Source: Panacagrimonas sp. (GTDB lineage Bacteria; Pseudomonadota; Gammaproteobacteria; Nevskiales; Nevskiaceae). Taken from it: a DNA stretch of 64,000 nt. This document shows, piece by piece, positions 29,580-39,382 of the stretch (positions within the stretch are counted from its first letter, which is position 1; each line of letters opens with the position of its first letter). The stretch is from contig NZ_CBDCGN010000003.1 of NCBI RefSeq assembly GCF_965216805.1, forward strand, positions 953,841 to 1,017,840. The letters are read 5' to 3'. A program made the translations under genes and the position numbers. The notes under the pieces are model-generated. The model did no database searches and was not told the origin of the DNA. It saw only the letters and a program-made list of their open reading frames with translations.

Positions 29580-30053
29580 TCACTGCTTCCTGCTGATCCA
29601 CATGCGGATCACCGCGCGAAACACCGTGAGGCCACCGCGGTCCTGCACGTCCACCGTCACCGGCCATTCGAAGCTTTCGGCGCCGAATTCGGGTAGCGGG
29701 TCGCACACGCACACCGCACGCAGGTCGGTCTGCGCCTTGTGCAGGTATTCCACCGTCATGCCCTTGGGAATCCAGCGATGGCCGGGCGGCACGCTGACTT
29801 CGGTCATCAGGCCACCAGCGAATTCGGCGAGGTTGCACATGGCGATGGCATGCACGGTGCCGAGATGGTTGGCGATGCGCCAGCGCTTTTTCATTTCGGC
29901 GATGCAGCGGCCGGGCGCCAGTTCGACCATGCGCGGCGAGATGCTGCGGAAATAGGGCGCTCGTGCCGACACCATCTTCGACCATGCCGCCGCGCCCAGC
30001 GGCAATGACGACAGGCGGTTCCAGCTTTGCAGGGCCAGCTTGCGATCGCTCAT
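29580..30053 (-). CDS. hotdog-fold thioesterase-like protein (DUF4442/PaaI-like)
   Basis: APYFRSISP, NHLGTVHAIAMCNLAE, WIPKGMTVEYL and KAQTDLRA motifs. Confidence 0.85.
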   Translation of the reverse strand: MSDRKLALQSWNRLSSLPLGAAAWSKMVSARAPYFRSISPRMVELAPGRCIAEMKKRWRIANHLGTVHAIAMCNLAEFAGGLMTEVSVPPGHRWIPKGMTVEYLHKAQTDLRAVCVCDPLPEFGAESFEWPVTVDVQDRGGLTVFRAVIRMWISRKQ

Positions 30054-30110
30054 GACGGCAGGGTCCGGGGAGATGGCAGGATCGACGACGCTAGCACCGC
30101 TCCATGAAGC

Positions 30111-31400
30111 TCACCTTGACCCTCGGGCGCGCCGCTGCGGCCACACGGCCGTCAGGCGTTGCGGCCCGGCGCCGCGGTCGACCGCCAGCACCAGGGCCAG
30201 ACACCCCAGACCCGACAGCAGGAACGCCAGGGCGAAGGCGCCGACATAACCGGCCAGATCACCGACCACCCCGCCGGCCAGGCCGGACAACCCACCGGCC
30301 AGCACGATGGCGCAGGCCAGCAGGGTGTAGTCGGTGCCGGCGTGCGCGGGGTCGGAGGCGTCCATCATCAGGGTGAACAAGGCCACTGTGGCCATGCCGC
30401 CGAGCAGGTGTTCGGCGGTGCTGGCGGCGTAGATCAGATGGCGGTCGCCGGGCTCCAGCGCGCAAGCCACGTACAGCAGCAGGCTGGCGGTCTGCAGCAC
30501 GCCGCAGGCGATCAGCGCCGGACGACGGCCGAAGTACCAGGCCATCCATCCTCCCAGCGCGGCGCCGGCCAGTCCCATGGTCGACCCGATGGTGCCCTTG
30601 ACGACTGCGATCTCTTCCTTGCTCAGGCCCGCGTCATGCATGAACGGGCCGACCAGCGACGAGGCCATGGCGTCGCCGAACTTGTACATGCAGATCAACA
30701 TCACGAAGCCGAGCACACCGGGTACCCGCAGGCGCTCGCTCCAAGCCATCAGCAGGCGCGCTCCGGAGTGGCGATCCGGGGCGGGTTCGGCACCGCCATC
30801 GACGCGCGGCAGGAACAGCACCGGCAGGCAGGTCAGCGCCAGGATGCCGGCCATGGCCAGGAACATCGTCGACCAGCCGCCTTTGGCGAACACCCACAGC
30901 AGCAGGCCACCGCCGAGGATCATGCCGATGCGGTACGCGCCCACCTGGATGCCGTTGCCGAGTCCACGTTCCGTCGGCGACAACAGGCGCACGGCCAGAC
31001 CGTCGGTGGCTACGTCCTGGGTGGCCGCGAGCAGATTGAAGAGCACCAGCGCAATGAAGATCGCGACCAGGCCCGAATCCAGATCCACTGCCGTCAGCGC
31101 CAGTGCCACCAGCACCGTCAGCCCCTGCAGACCGAGCAGCCAGGCTTTGCGCGTGCCGGTGTGATCCACCACGGGTGCCCACAGGAATTTCAGCGCCCAC
31201 GGCAGGAACAACAGGCCAGTGGCGCCGATGGCGGCCAGCGACAGGCCGCGTTCGCGCAGCAGAACCGGCAGCGCCTGGGTGAAGAACCCGAATGGCAGGC
31301 CCTGCGCCAGATACAGGCTGGCCAGCAAGCCGAGCTTGCAGGCGGGATTCACCGACGCGCCCTGAAGGTCGGCGGAGCTTGCATCGTCGCTCCGGTCCAT
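30111..31400 (-). CDS. MFS transporter, AmpG/RhtX/FptX family
   Basis: LYLAQGLPFGF, PWALKFLWAPVVD, ATQDVATDGLAV, YKFGD and DPAHAGTDYT motifs, with about 12 hydrophobic segments. The start may be GTG 31352. Confidence 0.88.
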   Translation of the reverse strand: MDRSDDASSADLQGASVNPACKLGLLASLYLAQGLPFGFFTQALPVLLRERGLSLAAIGATGLLFLPWALKFLWAPVVDHTGTRKAWLLGLQGLTVLVALALTAVDLDSGLVAIFIALVLFNLLAATQDVATDGLAVRLLSPTERGLGNGIQVGAYRIGMILGGGLLLWVFAKGGWSTMFLAMAGILALTCLPVLFLPRVDGGAEPAPDRHSGARLLMAWSERLRVPGVLGFVMLICMYKFGDAMASSLVGPFMHDAGLSKEEIAVVKGTIGSTMGLAGAALGGWMAWYFGRRPALIACGVLQTASLLLYVACALEPGDRHLIYAASTAEHLLGGMATVALFTLMMDASDPAHAGTDYTLLACAIVLAGGLSGLAGGVVGDLAGYVGAFALAFLLSGLGCLALVLAVDRGAGPQRLTAVWPQRRARGSR

Positions 31401-31413
31401 CGGATGGGCGCGC

Positions 31414-32157
31414 TCATGCGCCTGGCGGCGGCTCCGGCTTGACCGTGGTGCCGGGCGCCAGTGCCGGTGCCGTCGCGGCCTTGGCGCCGGGCTCCTGGGC
31501 GTTGCCGTTGCCGTTGCCGGCGTCCGGCGAGCGCGACATACCGGCTGTGATCAGAAAGCGCATGGCCTCTTCCATGCCCATGTCCACCTGGGTGAGATAG
31601 CCGCGCGGCAGCAGCACCGTGTAGCCGCCGATCTGGTAGCTCATGGGCAGGTACACCGCGACGGCCTCTTCTCCCGATGGCGGTTCCAGACCGGTCCCGT
31701 GCAGGTCCTCCAGCGTCACGAAGCCGAGCATGCGGATCGGTACGCCCGGCATCTGCACCAGCACCACCTGGCCGAAGCGTCGGGCGCCGCCACCGGCGCG
31801 TGAGAAGAAGCCGGTGAGGTCCTTGACCGCGCTGTACACCGTCTTGATCAGCGGGATGCGCTCGAGCTGATCCTCCAGCCAGGTCACCAGCTCGCGGAAG
31901 AAGATTGCCTGCATCAGCAGGCCCACCAGCAGGATCACCAGCAGCGATACCACTAGACCCATGCCCGGCAGGTAAAGCTCGCCCGGTAGCAGCACGCGGA
32001 TGAAGCTGCCGAGCACCGTTTCGGCCAGGCCGATCAGCCACATCACGATGGCCAGTGTCACCATGATCGGCAGCAGCACGAACAGGCCGGTCAGAAAAGT
32101 GCGCGTGAGACGGCGCCAGTCGCCGAGGTGTCGCAACAGGGTGCGCTTGTTTTTCAT
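31414..32157 (-). CDS. DUF502 family membrane protein
   Basis: FLTGLFVLLPIMVT, RIPLIKTVYSAVKDL and AVYLPMSYQIGGY motifs. Confidence 0.85.
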   Translation of the reverse strand: MKNKRTLLRHLGDWRRLTRTFLTGLFVLLPIMVTLAIVMWLIGLAETVLGSFIRVLLPGELYLPGMGLVVSLLVILLVGLLMQAIFFRELVTWLEDQLERIPLIKTVYSAVKDLTGFFSRAGGGARRFGQVVLVQMPGVPIRMLGFVTLEDLHGTGLEPPSGEEAVAVYLPMSYQIGGYTVLLPRGYLTQVDMGMEEAMRFLITAGMSRSPDAGNGNGNAQEPGAKAATAPALAPGTTVKPEPPPGA

Positions 32158-32315
32158 CTATGAACGGTGCCGGGCGGTGATCGAGGGATCGGGGCCTGTG
32201 GCTGCCCTCTGGCGGCGATGTTATCGGGAGCGCTGCGCGCGCGCTGGAAACCGCAAAACCGTTCAGCCCGGCGATCCTGGAGGGGCTCTGTAGACCTGTG
32301 CGAGCGCGCCTGCGT

Positions 32316-33818
32316 TCAGAATCTTGCGTTCGGTGCGGGGACCTGCAGGGCCGCCGCGTCCGCCCAGCAGGCATGCGTTCCGCTGGGAATCCGTAGCGGC
32401 AGGCGGATACGCGCCAACGGGCCGGCGCGCAGGTTCTGCGCCGCGTAGATGCGGCCTTCAGACAGATTGCGATTGACGTCGGTGACCAGCGTGATCAGCC
32501 AGCCGTCGTCCTCGGACCGTGCGGCCCGACGCGGCACGAAGCGGACTTCGCTGCCGAACACGCCGGGACCGAACGCCAGGGTCTCGCGCGTTCCGCTGCG
32601 CAGGTCCAGCTTGTCCAGCCCGTTGAACAGAAACCAGCCCGGCTCGCCCAGCATGCTGTAGACGTAGCGAGCGGCCTGCTGCGGATGTGCGACGTGCACG
32701 CAACCGAACTCGCAGACGGCGTCGTCCAGCGCGCCCTCCCGGGTCTGGCCGGTGCGCAGATTGAAGCGCCAGCGCCACAGTTGCGGCTGCAGCGAATGCA
32801 GATCCAGGAACGCCATCATGCGTGCGTGTTCGCGCGGCGCGCCGGCCAGCGGCGGCGGCGAGGGACACCGCTGGCGATAGCCGTCCAGGATCACCTCGTC
32901 GCCCTCCTCGCGCGCCTGGACGTAGTGCAGCACGTAGGTGGGCGAGGCTTCGAACCAGCGGATGTCGTCGGCCCGGCCGCCGTGCGGAGCCGATGCTCGC
33001 GGCACCAGTGCGAAGCGCGAGGGCAGGTCGTGCAGACGCGCCGCGAACAGCTTGCGTTGCAGCAGTTCGGCGTCCCAGAACAGCGGGAAGTCATTGAGCA
33101 CGTACCAGCGCGGCGTGAACATCATGGCGTGCGGCAGGCGCGGGCCCGGTAGCGGGACCTCGCGCTGATGGGTGACCTCGCCGCCCAGCGAGGTGGCACC
33201 GCAGTGCATGAACGGTGCCTCGCGCGAATAGCTGAACCACAACAACTCTTCGGTCTGCGGATCGGGCAGGGCGTGTGCGGAGATGCCCGCGCGCGGAAAC
33301 GCACCGCCCCAGCCCACCGCGCCCGAGGGCTCCAGGCTGACCGGGTCGCAGCCGTACAGCTCGCCGCATTGGTAGAAGCTGGTATAGGCGCGGCCGCCGA
33401 AGACGCACACATCGGTGCTGGACGCATCCTTGAGCGCGCCGTGCGCGCCCCAGCCGGGACGGTCCGACAAAGGCGGCATCTCGGCGATGCCCGACCACAG
33501 CGCGCGCCCCACGTCCTGTTCGTTGACGAAGCCGCGGGTGCGCACAAAGCGATTGCGAAACGCGGCGCAGCCGTTGTGCAGGCGCAGGCCGCACAGCATG
33601 CCGTCGCCGTCGAAGGGGTGGTAGCGGCCCAGCGGCTGCTGCACCGGATTTTCGGTGTTGCGCAGGTACACGCCATCGAGGTCGCGCGGAATCTCGCCGG
33701 TGACCGGGCAGTCGTCGTCCAGCCACTCCTCGAACACCGGTGTCCACGCCCCGCTGAGATAAGGATGCTCGCAGGGCTGCAGGCTGCTGCGCACCCTGTG
33801 GGTCATGCGCGCGCTCAT
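32316..33818 (-). CDS. carotenoid cleavage oxygenase family protein (CCO/lignostilbene dioxygenase-like)
   Basis: HPYLSGAWTP, YLRNTENP, HPFDGDGM and DASST motifs. Four candidate Fe-ligand histidines: SAH, LPH, VLH, GTH. The start is uncertain (33806, 33818 or 33836). Confidence 0.88.
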   Translation of the reverse strand: MSARMTHRVRSSLQPCEHPYLSGAWTPVFEEWLDDDCPVTGEIPRDLDGVYLRNTENPVQQPLGRYHPFDGDGMLCGLRLHNGCAAFRNRFVRTRGFVNEQDVGRALWSGIAEMPPLSDRPGWGAHGALKDASSTDVCVFGGRAYTSFYQCGELYGCDPVSLEPSGAVGWGGAFPRAGISAHALPDPQTEELLWFSYSREAPFMHCGATSLGGEVTHQREVPLPGPRLPHAMMFTPRWYVLNDFPLFWDAELLQRKLFAARLHDLPSRFALVPRASAPHGGRADDIRWFEASPTYVLHYVQAREEGDEVILDGYRQRCPSPPPLAGAPREHARMMAFLDLHSLQPQLWRWRFNLRTGQTREGALDDAVCEFGCVHVAHPQQAARYVYSMLGEPGWFLFNGLDKLDLRSGTRETLAFGPGVFGSEVRFVPRRAARSEDDGWLITLVTDVNRNLSEGRIYAAQNLRAGPLARIRLPLRIPSGTHACWADAAALQVPAPNARF

Positions 33819-33937
33819 GCGGCGCTCCGGTTGCACGCGGACATCGAGGTCCTCCTGCTGTGGGTGGTCAATTCTACGGGGCGGTCAGGATTCGGGTGCC
33901 GGACCTGCTCTGCTAGTCTCGGGCCGCCCCCGTCGCA

Positions 33938-34939
33938 ATGAAGAGGAAACCCGTGCGCGCTGCCGTTTACGATCGAGTGGGACCCGCCCGCGAAGTGCTG
34001 CAGATTCTGCAATGGCCGACGCCGCAGCCCGGACCGGGCGAAGTACGCGTGCGGCTGGCGGCCTCCGGGGTGAATCCTTCCGACGTCAAGACGCGCGCCG
34101 GCACCCGCACCCGGGTGCTGGCATTTCCGCAGATCGTCCCGCACAGCGATGGCGCGGGGATCATCGATGCCGTCGGCGCGGGTGTGGACGCGGCGCGCAT
34201 CGGTCAGCGCGTGTGGACGTGGAATGCCGCCTGGGGCCGGGCGCAGGGCACCGCGGCGGAGTTCGTGACGCTGCCGTCGGCGCAGGCGGTGGCGTTGCCG
34301 GACAAGATCGACTTTGCTGCAGGCGCCTGCCTGGGCATCCCTGCGCTCACCGCTTATCACGCCGTGGTCATGGACGGCGGGGTCGCCGCCAAGACGGTGC
34401 TGGTGGCCGGCGGCGCGGGAGCGGTCGGGCATTACGCGGTCCAGCTCGCCCGCTTCCGGGGTGCGGCGAAAGTCATCGCCACCGTGAGCAGTCCGGCCAA
34501 GGCACAACTGGCGCTGGCGGCGGGTGCCGATGCGGTCATCGATTACCGGCGCGAGGACGTGGCGGCGCGCGTGTTGGAGCTCACCGCCGGAGCCGGCGTG
34601 GATCGCGTGATCGAGGTCGATTTTTCCGCCAACGTGGCGCTGGACTTTGCGCTGCTGCGCGCCAACGGCGACATCGTGGTTTACGGCAGCAATGTGCCCG
34701 AGGTGGCGGTGCCCTTCGTCCAGGGCATCATGAAGAACGTGCAGTTGCGCTTCTTCATCGTCTACAACCTCAAGCCCGACGATCGCGTCCGCGAGCTGGC
34801 CGAGGTGAACGAACTGCTGGCCGCCGGCCGGCTGCAGCACAACGTCGCCGAGCGCTATCCGCTGGCGCGCATCGCCGAGGCCCACGAACGGGTGGAAAGC
34901 GGGCAGGCACAGGGCAATGTGGTGGTGGAGATCGACTGA
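33938..34939 (+). CDS. NADPH:quinone reductase (zeta-crystallin/MDR family)
   Basis: ASGVNPSDVKTRAG, PHSDGAG, GIPALTA, AGGAGAVG and GNVVV motifs. Confidence 0.92.
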   Translation: MKRKPVRAAVYDRVGPAREVLQILQWPTPQPGPGEVRVRLAASGVNPSDVKTRAGTRTRVLAFPQIVPHSDGAGIIDAVGAGVDAARIGQRVWTWNAAWGRAQGTAAEFVTLPSAQAVALPDKIDFAAGACLGIPALTAYHAVVMDGGVAAKTVLVAGGAGAVGHYAVQLARFRGAAKVIATVSSPAKAQLALAAGADAVIDYRREDVAARVLELTAGAGVDRVIEVDFSANVALDFALLRANGDIVVYGSNVPEVAVPFVQGIMKNVQLRFFIVYNLKPDDRVRELAEVNELLAAGRLQHNVAERYPLARIAEAHERVESGQAQGNVVVEID

Positions 34940-34964
34940 CCGGTCGGATCCCCCGCGGCAAGGC

Positions 34965-34985
34965 AAGCCGGCGCAGGGCCGGCTT
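34965..34985. terminator. GC-rich hairpin between convergent genes
   Basis: aagccggc-gcagg-gccggctt forms an 8-bp stem between stops at 34939 and 35007. The U-tract is weak. Confidence 0.4.
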
Positions 34986-35006
34986 CCGGTTGGTGACCCG
35001 ATCCGA

Positions 35007-36659
35007 TCAGATCCGCGCTTCGATACCGAAGCTGGCGAAACCCTTCTTGTCGAAGTTGGCGCGGAACATGTCGCGCAGCTTGGTGGCGGTGGCGTCGTAG
35101 GCGTCCTTGTCCGTCCAGGTTGCACGCGGATTGAGCACGGTGGGGTCGTCGATGCCGGGGCAGGCCTTGGGTATGGTGAGATTCAGGATCGGCAAGGTCT
35201 CGGTGTCGACGTCGTCGAGCTTGCCGTCGAGCGCGGCATTGAGCAGGGTGCGGGTGAGCTTGATGCTCATGCGCTTGCCGGTGCCGTAGGGCCCGCCGCT
35301 CCAGCCGGTGTTGAGCAGAATGCAGCGCGCCTTGTGTTTCTGCATTTTCTCGCCGAGCAGCTTGGCGTAGACGTTAGGTTTCTGCGCCATGAAGGGGCCG
35401 CCGAAGCAGGCGCTGAAGGTGGGCTGCGGTTCGGTCACGCCCACTTCGGTGCCGGCCACGCGTGCGGTGAAGCCGGAGACGAAGTGATACATCACGTCCT
35501 CGGCGGACAAAATGGACACGGGCGGCAGCACCCCGAACGCGTCGGCCGTGAGCAGCACGATGGTTCGCGGATGCGGGCCCTGCGCGTTGGGCATCACATT
35601 GGGCACCACTTCCAGCGGATAGCTGAAGCGGGTGTTCTCGGCGATGGAGCCGTCGTTCAGATCGAGTTCGTCGGGATGGCATTCCTCCATCGTCTTGCCG
35701 GGAAGCGGCGGCACGTTCTCGATGATGGTGCCCGGCTTGGACAGCGCCGCGGCGATGACCGGCTCGGCATCCTTGTCCAGGTTGATGAGCTTGGCGTAGC
35801 AGCCGTCCTCGAGATTGCACAGGCCGTTGTCGGACCAGATGGTCTCGTCGTCGCCGATCAGGCGGCGGCTGGCGTCGGCCGACAAGGTGGTCTTGCCGGT
35901 GCCGGACAGGCCGAACAGGATCGCCGCATCGTCGCGTGCGCCGACGTTGGCCGAGCAGTGCATGGACAGACGGCCCTGCTTGGGCAGCAGGTAATTGCCT
36001 ACGGTGAAGATGGTCTTTTTGTTCACGCCGCAGTAGTCGGCGCGACCGGCGACCAGGCAGATGCGGTTCCGGGCATCGATGACGACCGCGGCCTCGGCAC
36101 GACAGCCGTCGCGTTCGGGCACGCAGACGAAGCTCGGCACGTTGAGCATGGTCCAGCGACGCGACTCGGCGTCGGTCACGTCGAGGTTCTTGGGAAACAT
36201 GTTGTGCACGAACATCGCGTGGGTGGCGTACTCGCCGACGAAGCGATACGGCACCGCGAAGTCGGGATCGCTGCCCATGAAGACGTCTTTGACGTAGAGC
36301 GACGCCTTCTTTTCGTTCAGATGCTGGATCACCCGCTGCAGCAAACCTTCATAGGCGCCGGGCTCATAGGGCGACAGGTCGGCCTTGAACCAGATTTCGT
36401 CCGCCACCTCCGGCCATTTCACCGCATAGGTGTCCTTGGTGCGGCGGCCGGTGCAGTCGGGGTCGGTGTAATAGACCAGCGGCCCATTCACGCCCAGCTT
36501 GGTGGGGAAGGCTTTCTGCTCGTCGGAAGGACCGTCACGCCGCACGCGGCCACGATCGTTGGCGATGGCCTCGGCGAAAAGTTCTTGCTTGCTCAGGTTG
36601 TAGTTGTAGCTGACCGCCTTGAGTCCAAGGAGCTTTTCGAGATCGGCCGAGTAGGTCAT
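35007..36659 (-). CDS. pckA: phosphoenolpyruvate carboxykinase (ATP)
   Basis: TGRRTKD, LSMHCSAN, FGLSGTGKTTLSAD, IGDDE, EDGCYAK, LTADAFGVLPPVS, FSACFG and NTGWSGG motifs. Confidence 0.95.
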   Translation of the reverse strand: MTYSADLEKLLGLKAVSYNYNLSKQELFAEAIANDRGRVRRDGPSDEQKAFPTKLGVNGPLVYYTDPDCTGRRTKDTYAVKWPEVADEIWFKADLSPYEPGAYEGLLQRVIQHLNEKKASLYVKDVFMGSDPDFAVPYRFVGEYATHAMFVHNMFPKNLDVTDAESRRWTMLNVPSFVCVPERDGCRAEAAVVIDARNRICLVAGRADYCGVNKKTIFTVGNYLLPKQGRLSMHCSANVGARDDAAILFGLSGTGKTTLSADASRRLIGDDETIWSDNGLCNLEDGCYAKLINLDKDAEPVIAAALSKPGTIIENVPPLPGKTMEECHPDELDLNDGSIAENTRFSYPLEVVPNVMPNAQGPHPRTIVLLTADAFGVLPPVSILSAEDVMYHFVSGFTARVAGTEVGVTEPQPTFSACFGGPFMAQKPNVYAKLLGEKMQKHKARCILLNTGWSGGPYGTGKRMSIKLTRTLLNAALDGKLDDVDTETLPILNLTIPKACPGIDDPTVLNPRATWTDKDAYDATATKLRDMFRANFDKKGFASFGIEARI

Positions 36660-36746
36660 GAGTGGCGGTCCTCAGGGGATGTGGAGTGGACGGGGGTCGG
36701 CAAGAATAGTGGCCGCCTGCCGGCCCCGGCAAGCCTCAAACCGGCG

Positions 36747-36786
36747 ATTGGCCGAAGCGACCTGCGGCCGCGGCCGCAGGGCCAAT
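36747..36786. terminator. long hairpin downstream of pilJ
   Basis: A perfect 20-bp palindrome cctgcggccgcggccgcagg (36761-36780) is flanked by attggc and gccaat, just beyond the pilJ stop. Confidence 0.4.
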
Positions 36787-36787
36787 C

Positions 36788-38824
36788 CTAGGACGGCGGC
36801 AGCGCGAACGCCGGGTCCGGCTGGTTTTCGTCCTCGCCTTCCAGCGACACGTCGGCTGGCAGCTTGAAGCCGGCCACCGACTCGCGCAGCTTGGTGGACA
36901 GGGCATTGAGCTCACCCACCGCGTCGCTGGTGATCTGCGCCGAGGCCGCGGTCTGGATCGCGGTTTCGCGGATGGACTGGATCTGCCCGGCGATATGGGT
37001 GGCTTGCGCGGCCTCGTTGCGGGCCTCGCCGGAGATGGCCTGGATGAAACGGGACAGGTCGGTGGAATTGGATTCGATGCGCGTCAGGGCCTGGCCGGCC
37101 TCTTCGGCACTGCGGGCGCCGGCCACCACGTTGGTGGTGGAGCGCTCCATCGACACGATGGCCTCATTGGTGTCGGCCTGAATGGTCTTGACCAGGGTTT
37201 CGATCTGGCGCGTGGCGGCGGCACGTTCGGCCAGGCGCTGCACCTCATCGGCCACCACCGCAAAGCCGCGCCCGGATTCGCCGGCCATGGCGGCCTGGAT
37301 CGAGGCGTTGAGCGCCAGGGTGTTGGTCTGCTCGGCGATGTCGTTGATGAACTCGATGATGTTGCCGATTTCCTGCGAGGACTCGCCCAGGCGCTTGATG
37401 CGCTTGGCGGTGTCCTGAATCTGCTCGCGCAGCGCCGCCATGCCCTGGATGGTGCGGCCCACGGTGGACGCGCCGCTGTGCGCCACGTTGACCGAAGTGG
37501 TCGCCTGCGCCGCGAGCTGCTCGGCGCGCTGGGCCACCGCGGTCAGTGAATCCGAGCTTTGCTGCATGCGCTGGGCGATCTCCGCCACTTCCTGCACCTG
37601 GCTTTCGGAGGCCGCCTCCATGGTCGCCGCGGTTTCCTGGGTGGCGGTGGCCGCCGCGCTGATTTCCACTGCGGTTTCGTTGATGGTGCCGACCAGGCTG
37701 CGCAGGGTCTCCACCGTGGAGTTCACCGAGTCGGCGATGGCGCCGGTGAAATCCGCGGTGACGTTGGCGCGCACGGTCAGATCGCCGTCGGCCAGATCGC
37801 TGATCTCGTCGAGCAGCGACAGGATCGCCGCCTGCTGGCGCCGGTCGCGTTCTTCGGCCGCGCGTATGCGTCGGCGTACCGACACGATGTTGATCAGCAC
37901 ATAGAGCAGCAGGGACACCACGGCGACGCCCAGGGCGGGCAGGATCGCGGTCTGCTGGATCTGGCCCTCGCCCTGCAGCGGCAGCAGCGCGTCTTCCAGA
38001 CCGATCGCGGTGGAATACAGGTCGCGGCTGTTGCCGGGGACAACGCCTGCAGCGGCCTGCATCTGGTCCAGTTCGGGGCCGGCCGCAACGATGGCTCCCC
38101 CCGCCGTGACCACCCGCTCCACCGTCTCCGAGTTCGCCTGCAGAAAGCTTCCGACTGGGCCGTCGCCAACCAGGCTGGCGTGAGTCTGGCTCAGCGCCTC
38201 GATCTCGGCGCCGATCTCCGCCGCCACCGTGCCGGCATCGCGCCCCTCGCCCAGCAGGCGCCGGGACAGCGTGCGCAGGCGCTCGGCACGGGCCATCTGT
38301 TCGCCGGCCCGCAGTTGACGATCGGCGAACGCGCCGCTGGCCGCCAGGCGCTCGGCGGCGGTGCGATAGATTTCGAACAGCTCGACGCCGGCAGCATCCA
38401 GGGTGCCGAGATTGCCGGTGGCCGCGCTGACCGCCGGCTCGGACGCAATCAGCTGGTTCAACGACTCCTGCATCGTGGCCCAGCTTTGCTCCACGGCCGC
38501 CAGTTCGTCGCTCACTTCGGCGGGCAGCGGTTCGATCTCGAAGTCGACATCGCCGTCGCGCATGATGCGTACGGTGTCGGCGAAGTTCTCGGACTGGCCC
38601 ACCAGCACCGGGAAGTTCGGGGTCAGGCCGCGGCCCACGTCCTCGGCCACGCGGCTGACCTCCAGCGCGTCGGTCTGCAGCTGCTTGACCACCGTGATCC
38701 AGGTTGCATGACGGCCCGACAGCGTCTGGTTGTAGTAGAGGCCCGCGCCGCCGACGCCGACGCCGATGACCGCCACCAGCAGCAGCAAGATGTCGAACCT
38801 GAACCGCGACTTCCCCTGAGCCAT
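36788..38824 (-). CDS. pilJ: type IV pilus chemosensory MCP PilJ
   Basis: Two TM segments and [22 protein letters not shown]. The signalling domain reads [10 protein letters not shown]...[39 protein letters not shown]. Confidence 0.9.
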   Translation of the reverse strand: MAQGKSRFRFDILLLLVAVIGVGVGGAGLYYNQTLSGRHATWITVVKQLQTDALEVSRVAEDVGRGLTPNFPVLVGQSENFADTVRIMRDGDVDFEIEPLPAEVSDELAAVEQSWATMQESLNQLIASEPAVSAATGNLGTLDAAGVELFEIYRTAAERLAASGAFADRQLRAGEQMARAERLRTLSRRLLGEGRDAGTVAAEIGAEIEALSQTHASLVGDGPVGSFLQANSETVERVVTAGGAIVAAGPELDQMQAAAGVVPGNSRDLYSTAIGLEDALLPLQGEGQIQQTAILPALGVAVVSLLLYVLINIVSVRRRIRAAEERDRRQQAAILSLLDEISDLADGDLTVRANVTADFTGAIADSVNSTVETLRSLVGTINETAVEISAAATATQETAATMEAASESQVQEVAEIAQRMQQSSDSLTAVAQRAEQLAAQATTSVNVAHSGASTVGRTIQGMAALREQIQDTAKRIKRLGESSQEIGNIIEFINDIAEQTNTLALNASIQAAMAGESGRGFAVVADEVQRLAERAAATRQIETLVKTIQADTNEAIVSMERSTTNVVAGARSAEEAGQALTRIESNSTDLSRFIQAISGEARNEAAQATHIAGQIQSIRETAIQTAASAQITSDAVGELNALSTKLRESVAGFKLPADVSLEGEDENQPDPAFALPPS

Positions 38825-38881
38825 CCCTTCCCCCTTCTGTAGCGTGGCGCGAGCGCGCCTTTATTGGTTGGCAGCGAGCTG

Positions 38882-39247
38882 TCAGCCGCCAAGTATGTTG
38901 CGAAGCTTGGCCAGCAGTTCGCTTTCCTTGACCGGCTTGACCAGATACTCGCGCGCCCCCTGGCGCAATGCCCAGACCCGATCGGTCTCCTGGTCCTTGC
39001 TGCTGCACACGATGATGGGAATCTTGGCGGTGGCCGGATCGCGCGACAGCGTGCGGGTGGCCTGGAAGCCGTTGATTCCGGGCATCACTACATCCATGAA
39101 CACGCAGTCGGGTTGTTCGCTGCGGACCTTGGGGATGGCGTCGTTGCCGCTGCTGGCCTCGATGACCTCGTGGCCGGCCTTGCGCAGAATTTTCTTGAGG
39201 TTGAGTGCGTCCGTCGGCGAATCGTCGACGATCATCACACGTGCCAT
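38882..39247 (-). CDS. pilH: single-domain response regulator PilH
   Basis: IVDDSPT, FMDVVMPGINGFQATRTL, SSKDQETDRVWALRQGA and KP motifs. Confidence 0.9.
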   Translation of the reverse strand: MARVMIVDDSPTDALNLKKILRKAGHEVIEASSGNDAIPKVRSEQPDCVFMDVVMPGINGFQATRTLSRDPATAKIPIIVCSSKDQETDRVWALRQGAREYLVKPVKESELLAKLRNILGG

Positions 39248-39295
39248 CTGTGCCTCTCCGATGCGGCGCGAACCGGTGATCGCGCGAATCGGCAA

Positions 39296-39301
39296 ACTAT
39301 A
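39296..39301 (-). promoter_or_regulatory. candidate -10 element (TATAGT) for pilH-pilJ
   Basis: TATAGT on the minus strand about 50 bp upstream of the pilH ATG. No clear -35. Confidence 0.3.
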
Positions 39302-39382
39302 CACGCGTTACCCCCGCGCCCTGCCGCGACGGTAGCGGCCGACTTGCACCGCCCGCGCGGGTGACGGATCGGCGCGGTTACT

